DNA of 63,447 nucleotides from Candidatus Omnitrophota bacterium (GCA_029932935.1 JAOZPD010000001.1:1-63447); one strand, 5' to 3'; positions 1 to 11,170 are shown, numbered from the stretch's first letter. Translations and numbers: made by a program. The notes: a model not told the origin generated them from the sequence alone.

Positions 1-1283
1 TTATTAATCAAAAAGTCCGCACCTTTATTTATAAAATTACGGGACAATTCTGGAAAAATATCCTCAAAACAAATAAGCACAGCAAAGGCCGTCTTTGTTC
101 CAAGAACATCCTGCCCTGATGCGATTGTATCCAACTCGGACCTCTCTGATAAACTACATCCTTCGTCTAATAAAAAGGTAGTGTACTCATCCCCTGCTGT
201 AAAATTTCCGATAGGTACGACTGTATCTAGAAAACCCAAGATATTTTTAAATGGTATATATTCCCCAAAAGGTACCAAATGTATTTTATTATAATATCTT
301 ACAATTCTACCAGATTTTGATATGAGAATCGCACTGTTATAATAATTGCCATTATTCAATCTAATCGCTCCTGTCAGAACATAAATTTTATTGTTAAATA
401 TGAATTCTTCTAATTTATCAATAGAGAAAATGTCTTCGCTATCTAAAATTACAGGTAAGGCTGCCTCTGGCCATATTATTAAATCTGGTTTTTCCTCTAT
501 AGCGCTCTGAGAGAGACGCAAATATTCATCTAAAATACCCCTTCTTGCCTCCTTTCTCCATTTAATCTCTTGAGGAATATTTCCCTGGATAACTGAAATC
601 TTAATTGATTTATTAGATTTAAGATTAGAGATTCTTATTATTCGGTGAAAACCGTATCCCAGGCATAAAAATAACAGAAAGATAGAAATGGAACAAGATA
701 CAATATCTAATGTATATCTCTTTCTTTTAATAGCGAATAATATACTATTAAAAACCGAATAGATAAACACATTTATGACCATAACCAAAAACGATATACC
801 CCAAACCCCAGTAATATCGGCAAGTTGTATTACTGGCAAGTTGAGATATTGCGAATAACCCAACAACACCCAGCCAAAACCGGTAAATATATGACTGCGT
901 GTATATTCAAACAATACCCAGAGTGAAGGAATGGATACTACTGACCAACGGGTATCGAGTAGTGCATATCGATTGATTACAAATCCAAATATACCAAAAT
1001 ATAAAGCCAGATATAAAATAAGCAAAATAAATCCAATAAGTGTAACATTAATTAACCAGTAGGTCGTACCAGCAAAAAAGATCAAACCACAAAAATAAGA
1101 TAATAAGAAACTATTCTTATTTTTTTGCTTTCTCAAACTGAAGAATAAAGGAATAAAGGCGACCCACGCTAAGAATTCTATATTTAAACAAGGATAAGAT
1201 ATAATTAGCAGAATTGCACTAATTAAAATAAGGACCAGATTAAAATAAATTTCTTTAGATTTAAAGATTAATAGGAGATTCAT
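1..1283 (-). CDS. lnt: apolipoprotein N-acyltransferase (Lnt); 3' end runs off the left window edge
   Basis: Absent from the ORF track because no stop lies in the window. My translation from ATG 1283..1281 gives MNLLLIFKSKEIYFNLVLILISAILLIISYPCLNIEFLAWVAFIPLFF..., a multi-TM N-terminus. The last in-window residues, ...GTKTAFAVLICFEDIFPELSRNFINKGADFLIN, look like the Lnt C-N hydrolase domain. The start overlaps the upstream stop (ATGA). Confidence 0.8.
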   Translation of the reverse strand, partial: MNLLLIFKSKEIYFNLVLILISAILLIISYPCLNIEFLAWVAFIPLFFSLRKQKNKNSFLLSYFCGLIFFAGTTYWLINVTLIGFILLILYLALYFGIFGFVINRYALLDTRWSVVSIPSLWVLFEYTRSHIFTGFGWVLLGYSQYLNLPVIQLADITGVWGISFLVMVINVFIYSVFNSILFAIKRKRYTLDIVSCSISIFLLFLCLGYGFHRIIRISNLKSNKSIKISVIQGNIPQEIKWRKEARRGILDEYLRLSQSAIEEKPDLIIWPEAALPVILDSEDIFSIDKLEEFIFNNKIYVLTGAIRLNNGNYYNSAILISKSGRIVRYYNKIHLVPFGEYIPFKNILGFLDTVVPIGNFTAGDEYTTFLLDEGCSLSERSELDTIASGQDVLGTKTAFAVLICFEDIFPELSRNFINKGADFLIN

Positions 1284-1501
1284 CGTCCGCAGGTAGAGCA
1301 ATTACGACTTGTACATGAGCTGCAGTTTAAATTTGAGGTAATATTACCCTGGGAGTCTTTACTAAAGTGGGCAAATACGGAGAATAAACGACTAATCTTG
1401 GAAGAATGGCAATCGGGGCAGATAATTCTTTCGTGATTATTCCTTATTAATAACTCGAATTTCGTATTACACTGATTACATCTATATTCGTATATCGGCA
1501 T
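1280..1501 (-). CDS. FmdB-family zinc-ribbon protein
   Basis: 73 aa. The MPIYEYRCNQCNTKFE start plus a second CPDC pair is the FmdB-type CxxC...CxxC ribbon. Cys-rich tail. Translationally coupled to lnt. Confidence 0.75.
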   Translation of the reverse strand: MPIYEYRCNQCNTKFELLIRNNHERIICPDCHSSKISRLFSVFAHFSKDSQGNITSNLNCSSCTSRNCSTCGR

Positions 1502-1503
1502 AT

Positions 1504-4458
1504 CTATCTACCATGACATTTCTTATATTTTATTGGTTTACCAGTCTTAGGATCAATTGCACCACAAGGACACGGATCATTCCTACCGACCTTAGGGTAT
1601 CTCTGCGTGGACTCCTTTCGATGATAACTAGGTTGTACAGCCTCAGGCTCATTGAATGCACTTACCAATCTGTCCTGTGATGTGTGAAAACGAGAGGCTT
1701 CCGGATGTAACATCTCTTGCTCAGTCAATCTAAATACGCCTTTAACCCTCTCTTGCGATACTGGCTGAATCTTAAAAAGCATCTCGATCGCATCTTCTTG
1801 AATAGAATTTATCATCTGGTCGAACATTATAAACGCCTCACGTTTATATTCGATTAAAGGATCGCGCTGACCAATTGCCCGCAAACCAATACCCTCTCTT
1901 AAATCATCCATCGCATAAAGGTGGTCCTTCCATTTACTATCAATAATTTGCAAGAGTATCATACGTTCAAAATGTCGCATTGTCCCTGAGCCGATTTTAT
2001 TCTCTTTTTGCCTGTAAGTTTCACTCAATATATTATAAATTTTCTCTCTAATTCGCTCATAAGATAGATTGGTTAAGTCCTGTTTATCTATTCTGAGTCC
2101 GAATTTTAAATATAAAGCATTAATCAATCCAAGAAGATCATATGATTCCTGTGTCGCCTGAGGCAGATAATTATCGCAAAGATTTATCACAACCTCTTCT
2201 AACATCTTTGTAATGCGCTCAGCGACTCTATCACCCTCAAGAATCTCTCTGCGTTGAGTATATATAATCTCACGTTGTTTATTCATTACATTATCATATT
2301 CAAGAAGCTGCTTTCTAATCTCGAAGTTATGCTCTTCTACGCGTCGCTGGGCAATCTCAATAGATTTGCTTACCCAAGGATGTTCAATTACCTGACCCTC
2401 CTCCAAACCTAAACGGTCCATTACTGCCATCAATCTATCCGATCCAAATAGACGCATTAAGTCGTCTTCTAAGGAAACATAGAATCTCGAAGATCCCGGG
2501 TCTCCCTGTCTACCTGAACGACCACGCAATTGATTATCGATTCTGCGTGCTTCATGTCGCTCAGTTCCCAAAACATGTAATCCTCCTAAACTCACTACCT
2601 TGCGATGCTCCTCTTCTGTTTCTCTCTTAAATCTATTTAATACCTCTCTGTATTCCTGTTCGAAATTATCCTGCTCTGTTAATTTTTTATTCCTAAGGAG
2701 ATTTTTAGCCATATACTCGGCGTTGCCACCCAGTAAGATATCTGTCCCTCTACCTGCCATATTTGTGGCGATAGTTACTGCTTTGTATCTTCCTGCTTGA
2801 GCTACAATCTGAGCCTCCTGCTCATGATATTTAGCATTGAGTACCTGATGAGGTATCCCTCGCCGTTTTAACAATTCAGAAAGATGCTCAGACTTCTCAA
2901 TAGAGATAGTTCCCACCAATACCGGACGACCCTGATTATACAGAGTAACTATCTCTTCAACTACAGCATTGAACTTTTCCCTCTCAGTTTTATAAACACA
3001 ATCAGGAAAATTTGTACGTATAAGGGGACGATTAGTAGGCACTACTACTACGTCCAGCTGATATATTGTCTTAAACTCCTGAACTTCAGAAAAGGCAGTC
3101 CCCGTCATACCGGCTAATTTTTCATACATCCGGAAGTAATTCTGGAAGGTAATTGTAGCTAAGGTCTGATTCTCACGCTCAATCTTCAATCCCTCCTTGG
3201 CCTCAACTGCCTGATGTAGTCCATCCGACCAACGTCTACCTGGCATAAGTCGCCCTGTAAATTCATCAACAATAACCACCCGTCCATCTTTAACTACATA
3301 ATGTACATCGCGTTTAAAATTTGGACCGTGTGCGCGTAATGCCTGGATAATATGATGCCTCCAATCCATCGTGTTAATATCGTGGAGATTATCCACGCCT
3401 AACATAGAACAAACTTTAGCTTCACCCTGTTCGGTTAAGTGAGCCGTATTAGCCTTCTCATCAATAATATAATCATAACCAGAGGATAAATCCTCACCTC
3501 TATATTTTGCAGCAACCTCATCACGCTCAAGTATAACTCTTCCTTTTAAACGGGGAACAATCTTATTAACAATATAATATTTCTCTGTTGATTCCTCAGC
3601 AGGCCCTGAAATAATCAACGGGGTACGTGCTTCATCAATAAGTATGGAATCGACCTCATCAACAATAGCATAATAGAATGGGCGCTGTACTAAATCTTCA
3701 TGTGAATATTTCATATTATCGCGCAGATAGTCAAATCCAAATTCATTATTTGTGCCATAGGTAATATCGCAGGCATAAGCCTCTTTCCTTGCTACATCAT
3801 CCATATCATGCTGAATAATCCCCACCGTTAATCCCAGAAAATTATAAATCGGCCCCATCCATTCTGCATCTCGTCTGGCAAGGTAATCATTCACTGTAAC
3901 TATATGAACACCTCGCTTTAAAAGTGCATTAAGATAAACTGCCAACGTCGCCACCAAGGTTTTGCCTTCACCGGTAGCCATCTCGGCAATCTTACCCTCG
4001 TGTAATAAAACACCACCAGCAATTTGGACATCAAAATGTCTCATCCCAACGGAGCGCTTAGCCGCCTCCCGCACAACAGCAAATGCCTCTATCAGAATAT
4101 CGCTGAATATTTTATTACGGGTAAATTTTAACTTTTCTTTTATCTTCTCTCGCTCTTGAGGCATCGCCACGGTAGAAAGCATTTCTTGCAGATCAATAAT
4201 CTCGCTTTGGTATTGGCGACTCTTGACATTGACATGTTCGATAAACTCTTCGGTCTTACTGCGTAGACCTGCATCGGAAAGACTAGCCATCTTGGGCTCA
4301 AGTCGATTTACCGCATCTACAATAGCGGCCAACTCTACCATTTTATTTATTGAAGAAACAGGCATCTCTGAATGTAAAACAATATTAACATTGGGATATT
4401 TACGTTTAATAATATTCTGTTTCCTTAACAATATTGAATTCTTAATAAAACTTAACAT
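1504..4458 (-). CDS. secA: preprotein translocase ATPase SecA
   Basis: 984 aa. Walker [18 protein letters not shown]-like [19 protein letters not shown], and the C-terminal zinc-binding tail CPCG...KKCHGR. The N-terminus is about 22 aa longer than E. coli SecA before the LEPxMxxLSD motif, so the start is uncertain. Confidence 0.96.
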   Translation of the reverse strand: MLSFIKNSILLRKQNIIKRKYPNVNIVLHSEMPVSSINKMVELAAIVDAVNRLEPKMASLSDAGLRSKTEEFIEHVNVKSRQYQSEIIDLQEMLSTVAMPQEREKIKEKLKFTRNKIFSDILIEAFAVVREAAKRSVGMRHFDVQIAGGVLLHEGKIAEMATGEGKTLVATLAVYLNALLKRGVHIVTVNDYLARRDAEWMGPIYNFLGLTVGIIQHDMDDVARKEAYACDITYGTNNEFGFDYLRDNMKYSHEDLVQRPFYYAIVDEVDSILIDEARTPLIISGPAEESTEKYYIVNKIVPRLKGRVILERDEVAAKYRGEDLSSGYDYIIDEKANTAHLTEQGEAKVCSMLGVDNLHDINTMDWRHHIIQALRAHGPNFKRDVHYVVKDGRVVIVDEFTGRLMPGRRWSDGLHQAVEAKEGLKIERENQTLATITFQNYFRMYEKLAGMTGTAFSEVQEFKTIYQLDVVVVPTNRPLIRTNFPDCVYKTEREKFNAVVEEIVTLYNQGRPVLVGTISIEKSEHLSELLKRRGIPHQVLNAKYHEQEAQIVAQAGRYKAVTIATNMAGRGTDILLGGNAEYMAKNLLRNKKLTEQDNFEQEYREVLNRFKRETEEEHRKVVSLGGLHVLGTERHEARRIDNQLRGRSGRQGDPGSSRFYVSLEDDLMRLFGSDRLMAVMDRLGLEEGQVIEHPWVSKSIEIAQRRVEEHNFEIRKQLLEYDNVMNKQREIIYTQRREILEGDRVAERITKMLEEVVINLCDNYLPQATQESYDLLGLINALYLKFGLRIDKQDLTNLSYERIREKIYNILSETYRQKENKIGSGTMRHFERMILLQIIDSKWKDHLYAMDDLREGIGLRAIGQRDPLIEYKREAFIMFDQMINSIQEDAIEMLFKIQPVSQERVKGVFRLTEQEMLHPEASRFHTSQDRLVSAFNEPEAVQPSYHRKESTQRYPKVGRNDPCPCGAIDPKTGKPIKYKKCHGR

Positions 4459-4475
4459 CGTGAAGTTATAAAATT

Positions 4476-5595
4476 TTATTTTAATGTGTTTATTATTTTG
4501 ATTCTTTGATATTTCAAATACGCCTCCATGAAACCATCGAGTTCTCCATCTAACACAGCATTGACGTTACCAACTTCATATTCGGTGCGATGGTCTTTTA
4601 CTAAACTATAAGGATGCATTATATAAGAACGGATTTGACTACCCCATTCAATCTTCTGTTTTGTCCCACCAAATTGACGAGCAAATTTCTCTTCTTTCCT
4701 TTGCCTCTCTAATTGATAAAGACGTGCTTTTAAAATTTTTAAAGCAGTCTGTTTATTCTGATACTGAGAACGCTCGTTTTGGCATTGAACAACAATACCG
4801 CTGGGTAAATGTGTAATCCTCACTGCAGAATCGGACTTCTGCATATGCTGTCCACCCGGACCAGAAGAACGATATGTCTCAATGTGCAAGTCTTTGTCTT
4901 CAAGTATAATTTGTACATCGTTCTCGGTTTCGGGAATTACATCTACAGAAGCGAAAGATGTGTGTCTACGCTTATTTGCGTCGAAAGGAGAAATACGCAC
5001 CAAGCGATGAACGCCTTTCTCTGACTTAAGATATCCATAAGCGTATTCTCCTTCAATTAAAAAAGTAATATTCTTTATTCCCGCCTCCTCACCTACCAAT
5101 AAATCTGTGGATTTATATCTATATCCCTTCTTCTCTATCCAGCGACTATACATCCTGAAAAGCATCCCTGCCCAATCGCATGCCTCGGTTCCCCCAGCGC
5201 CAGCATTGATACTCATAATAACATTACAATGATCAAACTCTCCACTCAAAAGAGTTCTAAATTCCAACTTCTCCAAGTCCTGAAGGAGTTTATCTGTTGT
5301 TTTGTTTATATCTGCAATTAAATCCTTGTCCTTATCTTCCAGAATAGAGAAGAGCTCACGCAGTTCTTTATATTTAGAATGTAACTCTTCCCAGGGGCAA
5401 ACAGCTGCCTTAAGAGACTTAATCTGGTTAACCACCTGAACGGATTTTGCATTATCCTCCCAAAAATCAGGACTGGCCATCTGCTGAGACAACCGGGAGA
5501 TTTCCACCCTCTTATTATCTATGTCAAAGATAACCTCGCAGATAAATAAGTTTTTTTTCAATCTGATTCAATCGCTCCTTAATTCCTTCTAACAT
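4476..5595 (-). CDS. prfB: peptide chain release factor 2, requires programmed +1 frameshift
   Basis: The upstream frame starts at ATG 5595 (SD GAAAGGAG) and reads [23 protein letters not shown], then hits in-frame TGA (5526..5524). A +1 shift continues [12 protein letters not shown]... into the long ORF. SPF and GGQ motifs are present ([23 protein letters not shown]). The ORF-track start at 5561 is a TTG artefact. Confidence 0.93.
5523..5538 (-). other. prfB programmed +1 ribosomal frameshift site (CTT TGA C) with upstream internal SD-like GAGG
   Basis: The minus strand reads CGA GGT TAT CTT TGA C. This has the same architecture as the autoregulatory RF2 frameshift site in E. coli and most bacteria. 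Confidence 0.9.
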
Positions 5596-5615
5596 ATATA
5601 TCTCCTTTCATCTGA

Positions 5616-6689
5616 TTATGCTCCCCTTATACCTTTTAACATTAACGTGAATTCATCCTTATTGTCAGCTACGCTTGTCGCCACCTCTTCACTAACCTTA
5701 CCCTCCCTGACCAGCCTCAATAATGATTGATTAAATGAACACATACCGAAAATATCTCCCTCTTCAATAAAACGCGGAATCTCCCAAACCTTCCCTTCTC
5801 GAATAAGGCGGGAAAGCGTAGGTGTAAGTAGCATTATCTCATAGGCTGGTATACGACCGCCTGCATCCTTACGGGGCAAGAGCCTTAATGAGATAACCCC
5901 CTTCAGCAATAGAGATAACTCAGTCCTTATTTCCTCATGTTGATACAAAGGAAAAAAATTCATAATTCTTTCTATACTCTGGGCGGCATTCACTGTATGC
6001 AGAGTACTAAGCACCAACACCCCTGTCTCTGCAGCGGTAATAGCTGCTGACATTGTTTCATAATCGCGGATATTCGCTATATAAATAACATCTGGACTCT
6101 GTAAAGTAAACGCCCTTAAAGCTACTGGATAGGAAGCTACATCACGAAATAACTCCCGTTGATTTATAATTGAATTTTTATCTTGAAAGATAAACTCAAT
6201 CGGCTCTTCAATTGTTAGAATGTGTTTATGAGCATTAATATTAATATACTCAATCATGCTGGCAATAGTGGTTGATTTGCCGGAGCCCATACTCCCAGTA
6301 AGTAAAACCAGGCCACGGCTTTCCATAGCTAATTGTTTAAGCACAGAGGCAGGTAAATTAAGCTCTTCCATTGTCTGGGTAAGTGGAGCTATACTTCTTA
6401 TTACAATCGATGGCCAATTGCGTTGCCTAAATATACTCACTCGAAAGCGACGTTCTAACTCGGGTAAATATAAAGCGAAATCAACATCCAAATTCTTAAC
6501 AAAAAATTCCCTTAATTCTTCAGAAAGCAAATCCTTAAGAGCCTGATTAATATCATCGCTACTCACTATTTCGTTACCCACGCTAAGAACCTGAGAATTA
6601 ATACGCATCCGTACAGTACCACCGGCACGATAAAACATATCGGAGGCCTCTTTTTCAACCATTAATTTCAGATAATCCTTTATCTTCAT
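5616..6689 (-). CDS. PilT-family type IV pilus retraction-like ATPase
   Basis: 357 aa. N-terminal ASDMFYRAGGTVRMRI, Walker A GSMGSGKSTT, and Asp/His-box-like regions typical of PilT/PilU. No other pilus genes are nearby. Confidence 0.82.
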   Translation of the reverse strand: MKIKDYLKLMVEKEASDMFYRAGGTVRMRINSQVLSVGNEIVSSDDINQALKDLLSEELREFFVKNLDVDFALYLPELERRFRVSIFRQRNWPSIVIRSIAPLTQTMEELNLPASVLKQLAMESRGLVLLTGSMGSGKSTTIASMIEYININAHKHILTIEEPIEFIFQDKNSIINQRELFRDVASYPVALRAFTLQSPDVIYIANIRDYETMSAAITAAETGVLVLSTLHTVNAAQSIERIMNFFPLYQHEEIRTELSLLLKGVISLRLLPRKDAGGRIPAYEIMLLTPTLSRLIREGKVWEIPRFIEEGDIFGMCSFNQSLLRLVREGKVSEEVATSVADNKDEFTLMLKGIRGA

Positions 6690-6782
6690 TTTCTAACCTT
6701 TCTTTAAAATTGTTTCAACCATAATAATATACTCCATAACCTTAAATCTTACCCTTTTACCAGAACATAACAATTCAAAATA

Positions 6783-7085
6783 TTATATCATCTTTTGAGT
6801 CTTTTTAGTAATCAAAATTGCCCTTCGAATCTCTTTCTCTAAGTTTAGGAGTCTTTGTTTAGTCTTTTTACCCCAACGATATCCGCCCAATCCTCCATCA
6901 GATTTTATCACACGATGACAAGGAATAATCAGAGGGAAGGGATTATTTTTCAATATCTGTCCTACCGCCCGGGAAGCACCTGGCTTACCAATCTTATTAG
7001 CAATCCATTTATAACTACGTACCTGACCTATAGGAATCTTTAATACAACCCGATAAACCTCTTTTGCGAAAGAACTCATTATCAT
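6783..7085 (-). CDS. MGMT-family methylated-DNA--protein-cysteine methyltransferase DNA-binding domain protein
   Basis: 100 aa with the active-site motif IPCHRVI followed by GGLGGYRWG. Confidence 0.85.
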   Translation of the reverse strand: MIMSSFAKEVYRVVLKIPIGQVRSYKWIANKIGKPGASRAVGQILKNNPFPLIIPCHRVIKSDGGLGGYRWGKKTKQRLLNLEKEIRRAILITKKTQKMI

Positions 7086-7146
7086 AATTTATATCTTACA
7101 ATATATGTTTTAAAATATTTTATTCGATTATTATGCATCAAAAATA

Positions 7147-8391
7147 TCATTTGCCAATTATCTGCTTCTTTCTCAATATATGATGATAAGCCAGCGCGAA
7201 ACGATGCGCCTCATCACGAATTCGCTGGACAAGACGCAAAGCTAAAGAATTAGACTTAAGCCTAATCGGTGATTGGCGATGAGAAACAAAGATCTCGTCA
7301 TTCTGTTTAGCTATACTAATCACAGGTAAAGTTATACCTAAATTATCCAACTCCCTCCTAACAGTGTTCAGTTGCCCTTTGCCCCCATCAATAATAACTA
7401 AATCAGGAAGTGGTAGCTTCTCATTAAGTATTCTGCGATAACGCCTATTTACTACCTCCGCTAACATCTTATAGTCATTGATTCCTGTGACACTTTTTAT
7501 GCGAAAACGACGATAATTACTTTTATCTGGCATTCCGTCATAGAAAGAAACCATCGATGCGCAAGCAGCGGAGCCAGAAATATTAGAAACATCAAAGGCG
7601 TCAATACGTCTCGGCCTAGTATCCAACTTCAAGATCTGCTTTAATTCGAATGCCTCAGAATAAGAATCGTACAATGTAAACAAATCGCCATATGACATTC
7701 TGCTTAGCGCCTGAATTCGATTTCTTATCTGTGCAGCCTCTTCAAATCTCTTCTCATCTGATAATCTATGCATACTGGCAGTAAGTCTATCGACCAGATC
7801 CACCTGTTTACCCTCCAAGAAGAGAATAATATTGTTGATATTATCACGATATTCCTGTACGCTAATCTTGCCAATGCAAGGAGCTGGACATAATCCAAGA
7901 CGATAATATAAACATGCTTTCTTGGGAATCTTAAAACAAGAGCGAAAGCCAAAAATGTGACGTATTGAATTTAAGGCCTCTCGCAAAATTCCGGCATCAG
8001 GATATGGTCCGAAATAATGGGAAATTATAATCTTCCGTTTTATACATGTCATTCTTGTTACCCAGACAATAGGAAAGTCTTCATCGCTAATACAAATTAA
8101 TGGAAAAGATTTATCATCACGAAAAACAGTATTATAAGGGGGTTGATATCTTCTAATCAACTCGGCTTCCCTTAACCGCGCTTCTATCTCAGACTTAGTA
8201 ACAATATAATCCAGACTGACAACCTTGGAAGACATTACTTCTATTTTTAAAGATCGGGGCTGAACAAAATAACTTCTCACTCTTTTCTTTAATGACCTCG
8301 CTTTACCAATATAGAGAATATTCCCTGCTTCATCTTTAAATATATAAATCCCAGGTGAATTAGGAATACTGGTTAATTTGGCCTTATCCAT
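7147..8391 (-). CDS. uvrC: excinuclease ABC subunit C, compact form lacking the C-terminal (HhH)2 domain
   Basis: 414 aa. GIY-YIG (PGIYIFKDEAGNILYIGKA), a Cys-rich segment, a UVR domain (FEEAAQIRNRIQAL), and the RNase H-like endonuclease domain (IDAFDVSNISG, IIDGGKGQL, RDEAHRFA). The ORF ends right after that domain, and only 61 nt separate it from the next gene. Confidence 0.85.
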   Translation of the reverse strand: MDKAKLTSIPNSPGIYIFKDEAGNILYIGKARSLKKRVRSYFVQPRSLKIEVMSSKVVSLDYIVTKSEIEARLREAELIRRYQPPYNTVFRDDKSFPLICISDEDFPIVWVTRMTCIKRKIIISHYFGPYPDAGILREALNSIRHIFGFRSCFKIPKKACLYYRLGLCPAPCIGKISVQEYRDNINNIILFLEGKQVDLVDRLTASMHRLSDEKRFEEAAQIRNRIQALSRMSYGDLFTLYDSYSEAFELKQILKLDTRPRRIDAFDVSNISGSAACASMVSFYDGMPDKSNYRRFRIKSVTGINDYKMLAEVVNRRYRRILNEKLPLPDLVIIDGGKGQLNTVRRELDNLGITLPVISIAKQNDEIFVSHRQSPIRLKSNSLALRLVQRIRDEAHRFALAYHHILRKKQIIGK

Positions 8392-9929
8392 CTGAATAAT
8401 TTGTCTATTCTCTCAATTCTAAATACAAAACAGCACGAGAAATATATCAAAACTCCTAAAATTATAGTCAACGATAGTCTCAGAATTGGATTCAGAAAAA
8501 CTGTTTTATTAAAAAAGATTAAAATAGAAACACACATTATTAACCCTGCACAGCTTACCTTAAGAAAATAAATGAGTAAATCTTTAGTAATTATTCTACC
8601 TATCCTTTTTGTAAGATTAAAATAAAGAAAAGAAAAGTTAAAAGCAGCGGATAAAGAACTAGCCAAAGCCAGACCGCCTATCTTCAAAGGAAACATTAAA
8701 ATAATATTTAATAGAAAGTTAATCAATAAAGCCAATGAGGCAATTATCACTGGGGTACGGGTATCTTGTAAGGAATAAAAACCAGCAGTCAAAATCTTCA
8801 TTCCTCCAAAAAACAGTAATCCCATAGCATAAAAATAAAGCGCAGAAGAACAAATTCTTACAGAATAATAATCGAAATGTCCACGTTGAAATAGAACCTC
8901 AATTATCGGCTGAGTCAAAATGACTAAACCCAGGACTGTAGGTAACATTAAAAAATAAATTGTACGCAAAGAGAATCTTATAGTTAATCTCAGACTGTCC
9001 ATATCACGAACTACGGCCTGCTGAGAAAGAGTAGGAAGGATAGCTGAAGACAAGGCAATACCGAAAAGAGCTAATGGCAACTGGACTACACGGTTAGCAA
9101 AATATATTGCTGCCACTCCACCCTGTCCAACAATAAAACTAAGTGATGCCAATATTGTGTCAATTAAAACATTTAATTGGTATACAGCTGTCCCAAAAAT
9201 ACGCGGGAGAAGCAAACTGCCTATTTTTTTAATACCGGGATGAAGAAAATTAAACTTCACCTTTAAGACACCTATGTTAAATCCTCTTCGAGCAAGAGAC
9301 GGTATCTGTATGCCAATTTGAAATACACCACCTATAAGCACACCTAATGCTAACCCAAAAATCGGGTTGTCCATAAAGCGGTAGGCAATAACTATACTGG
9401 CAATCATACAGATATTGAGTAGGCACGGACTAAGTGCGGGAGAGATAAAGAATCTAAATGAATGCAAAAAACCTATAGCAAAAGCGGTTAAACCAATCAG
9501 TAACAAGTAAGGAAATAGGACCTTGGTAAGCTGGACAGTAAGTAGAAATTTTGAAGCCTCTTTTAAAAAACCAGGAGCAATTACACTAACAATAGCTCGG
9601 GAGAACAAAATACCCAAGAATGAGATTGCAGTTAGAATAATCAAGATAACCCAGAATACATTGCCTATCAAATTCCAAAATTGTTTTTTATCTTCTTTAG
9701 CCCAATATTGACAGAATACAGGAACAAATGCTGAATTCACCGCCCCCTCACCGACTAAATCACGCAAAAGATTGGGGATACGGAAGGCGACAAAAAAAGC
9801 CTCCGAGACCGCGCCTGTACCAAAGAACGCAGCTATCAAGATATCGCGTATAAAACCTAATACACGCGAGAAGAGTGTAGCTATACTTATAACTGATGCG
9901 GACTTAAGAATAACTTTGTTCTCTGACAT
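8373..9929 (-). CDS. murJ: lipid II flippase MurJ
   Basis: 518 aa polytopic membrane protein with the MurJ/MviN N-terminal signature RVLGFIRDILIAAFFGTGAVSEAFFVAFRIPNLLRDL. Confidence 0.9.
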   Translation of the reverse strand: MSENKVILKSASVISIATLFSRVLGFIRDILIAAFFGTGAVSEAFFVAFRIPNLLRDLVGEGAVNSAFVPVFCQYWAKEDKKQFWNLIGNVFWVILIILTAISFLGILFSRAIVSVIAPGFLKEASKFLLTVQLTKVLFPYLLLIGLTAFAIGFLHSFRFFISPALSPCLLNICMIASIVIAYRFMDNPIFGLALGVLIGGVFQIGIQIPSLARRGFNIGVLKVKFNFLHPGIKKIGSLLLPRIFGTAVYQLNVLIDTILASLSFIVGQGGVAAIYFANRVVQLPLALFGIALSSAILPTLSQQAVVRDMDSLRLTIRFSLRTIYFLMLPTVLGLVILTQPIIEVLFQRGHFDYYSVRICSSALYFYAMGLLFFGGMKILTAGFYSLQDTRTPVIIASLALLINFLLNIILMFPLKIGGLALASSLSAAFNFSFLYFNLTKRIGRIITKDLLIYFLKVSCAGLIMCVSILIFFNKTVFLNPILRLSLTIILGVLIYFSCCFVFRIERIDKLFRWIRPN

Positions 9930-10030
9930 ATTTATAAATATTCTAAATTATTATTATATATTATCATCTTTTAAGGATGACTGTATAAAACCAAAGATTA
10001 AAAATGATGGATTAATATATAAATATTTAA

Positions 10031-10059
10031 TTGACTATTATGGCTAATTATGATATAGT
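10031..10059 (+). promoter_or_regulatory. sigma70-like promoter for rpsT (TTGACT-N17-TATAGT)
   Basis: TTGACT at 10031-10036, a 17-nt spacer, and TATAGT at 10054-10059. It lies about 64 nt upstream of the rpsT ATG (SD AAGGA). Confidence 0.5.
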
Positions 10060-10122
10060 AATTAGTTTGTAAGAGGAATTTTCTCAAGGGAAATAAACAT
10101 TTGTTATAAATAGAAGGACAAT

Positions 10123-10407
10123 ATGCCTCGTAGACGAACCTCACTAAAAACTCAGCGTAAAGATATAAAAAGGCGTCAGCGTAATCTTAAGATAAAACGA
10201 GATATTAAAAAGGCAATAAAGAAATTTAAAAGTTATATATCAACAAATAATATCGCCGAAGCAAAGACTATTCTCTCTTCTGTTTTTTCTAAGTTAGACA
10301 AGGCTGCTAAAAAGGGAATAATTAAAAGAAATAATGCGGCGCGTAAAAAATCTCGCCTAAGTCGAGAGCTTTTAAGAAAAACACAATCGGATAAGAAGCC
10401 ACTCTAA
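10123..10407 (+). CDS. rpsT: 30S ribosomal protein S20
   Basis: 94 aa, very basic. The N-terminus SLKTQRKDIKRRQRNLKIKRDIKKAIKKF and ...KLDKAAKKGIIKRNNAARKKSRL are typical of bS20. Confidence 0.9.
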   Translation: MPRRRTSLKTQRKDIKRRQRNLKIKRDIKKAIKKFKSYISTNNIAEAKTILSSVFSKLDKAAKKGIIKRNNAARKKSRLSRELLRKTQSDKKPL

Positions 10408-11040
10408 TGCCAGTTCTGATTTAATCCTGCCAGTTTTTATATCGGTATCGCAATTGAGCAGAAACGTTAACCTTTTTCTTCTGTCATTAATATCCATTCT
10501 TTCATGCTCTAATTGATACCGAATGGCCCCTAGGATCTTCTCGGGACGCTCTTTCTGCAATAGGAGTCGATGCAGCAACCTCATCGCAGACTTAATTCTT
10601 TTTTGTCTCGATTGAATTCTTGATTCTGGATAACCAGCAACAATCTCACGAGCCAAGGTAAATGCATCTATTTGCTTTGACTGATGGAAATTTACTATTC
10701 TGACGAATCTGGAGACCTGATTGAAGAATCTATCTCTAATCTCAATATGTCGAGTATCCAAGATTAAACCTACGTGAGGATATGGCTTCTTAAGGAAACC
10801 TATCAAATACTGTTTTATATCTGCACCTAAATTAGAAGCATCTCTAATAAGAATCAGTCTCTTCTTCGTCTTTACAGGTAGAAGCAGAAGTTTCTCCTGG
10901 AGGGTTTTCAAATCTAAATTCTTTGAATGCAAGATTTCAATATTAAATGACTCTAATCGGTCTATTCTGAGTTCTTGCTTAATCTTCTGCAATTTTATAT
11001 CCTTGGAGAGTTCGTCTTCACCGATAAAAAGATAATTCAT
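10372..11040 (-). CDS. holA: DNA polymerase III delta subunit-like (short HolA)
   Basis: 222 aa. N-terminal YLFIGEDELSKDIKLQKIKQEL...KKRLILIRDASNL resembles HolA domain I, and the position next to an lptE-like gene matches the common lptE-holA synteny. It is about 100 aa shorter than typical HolA. Confidence 0.5.
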   Translation of the reverse strand: MNYLFIGEDELSKDIKLQKIKQELRIDRLESFNIEILHSKNLDLKTLQEKLLLLPVKTKKRLILIRDASNLGADIKQYLIGFLKKPYPHVGLILDTRHIEIRDRFFNQVSRFVRIVNFHQSKQIDAFTLAREIVAGYPESRIQSRQKRIKSAMRLLHRLLLQKERPEKILGAIRYQLEHERMDINDRRKRLTFLLNCDTDIKTGRIKSELALEWLLIRLCFS

Positions 11041-11170
11041 TATGAGATTAATACCCTGACTGGATATGTTATTAAAGGATGTAACTTCGGCTAAAGAAAT
11101 ATAACTATTTTTGGAGCCAACTTTATGGAAACGTTTAAATTTTATAATACCTGCGGGGAGTCAAATTTAC

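Noticed and set aside
7725-7952. Same-strand alternative-frame ORFs (7725-7952 in uvrC, 15110-15301, 26423-26620, 53278-53478, 55785-55967).
   Set aside because: They are embedded out of frame in longer ORFs that carry the family motifs, and nothing independently supports overlapping genes.
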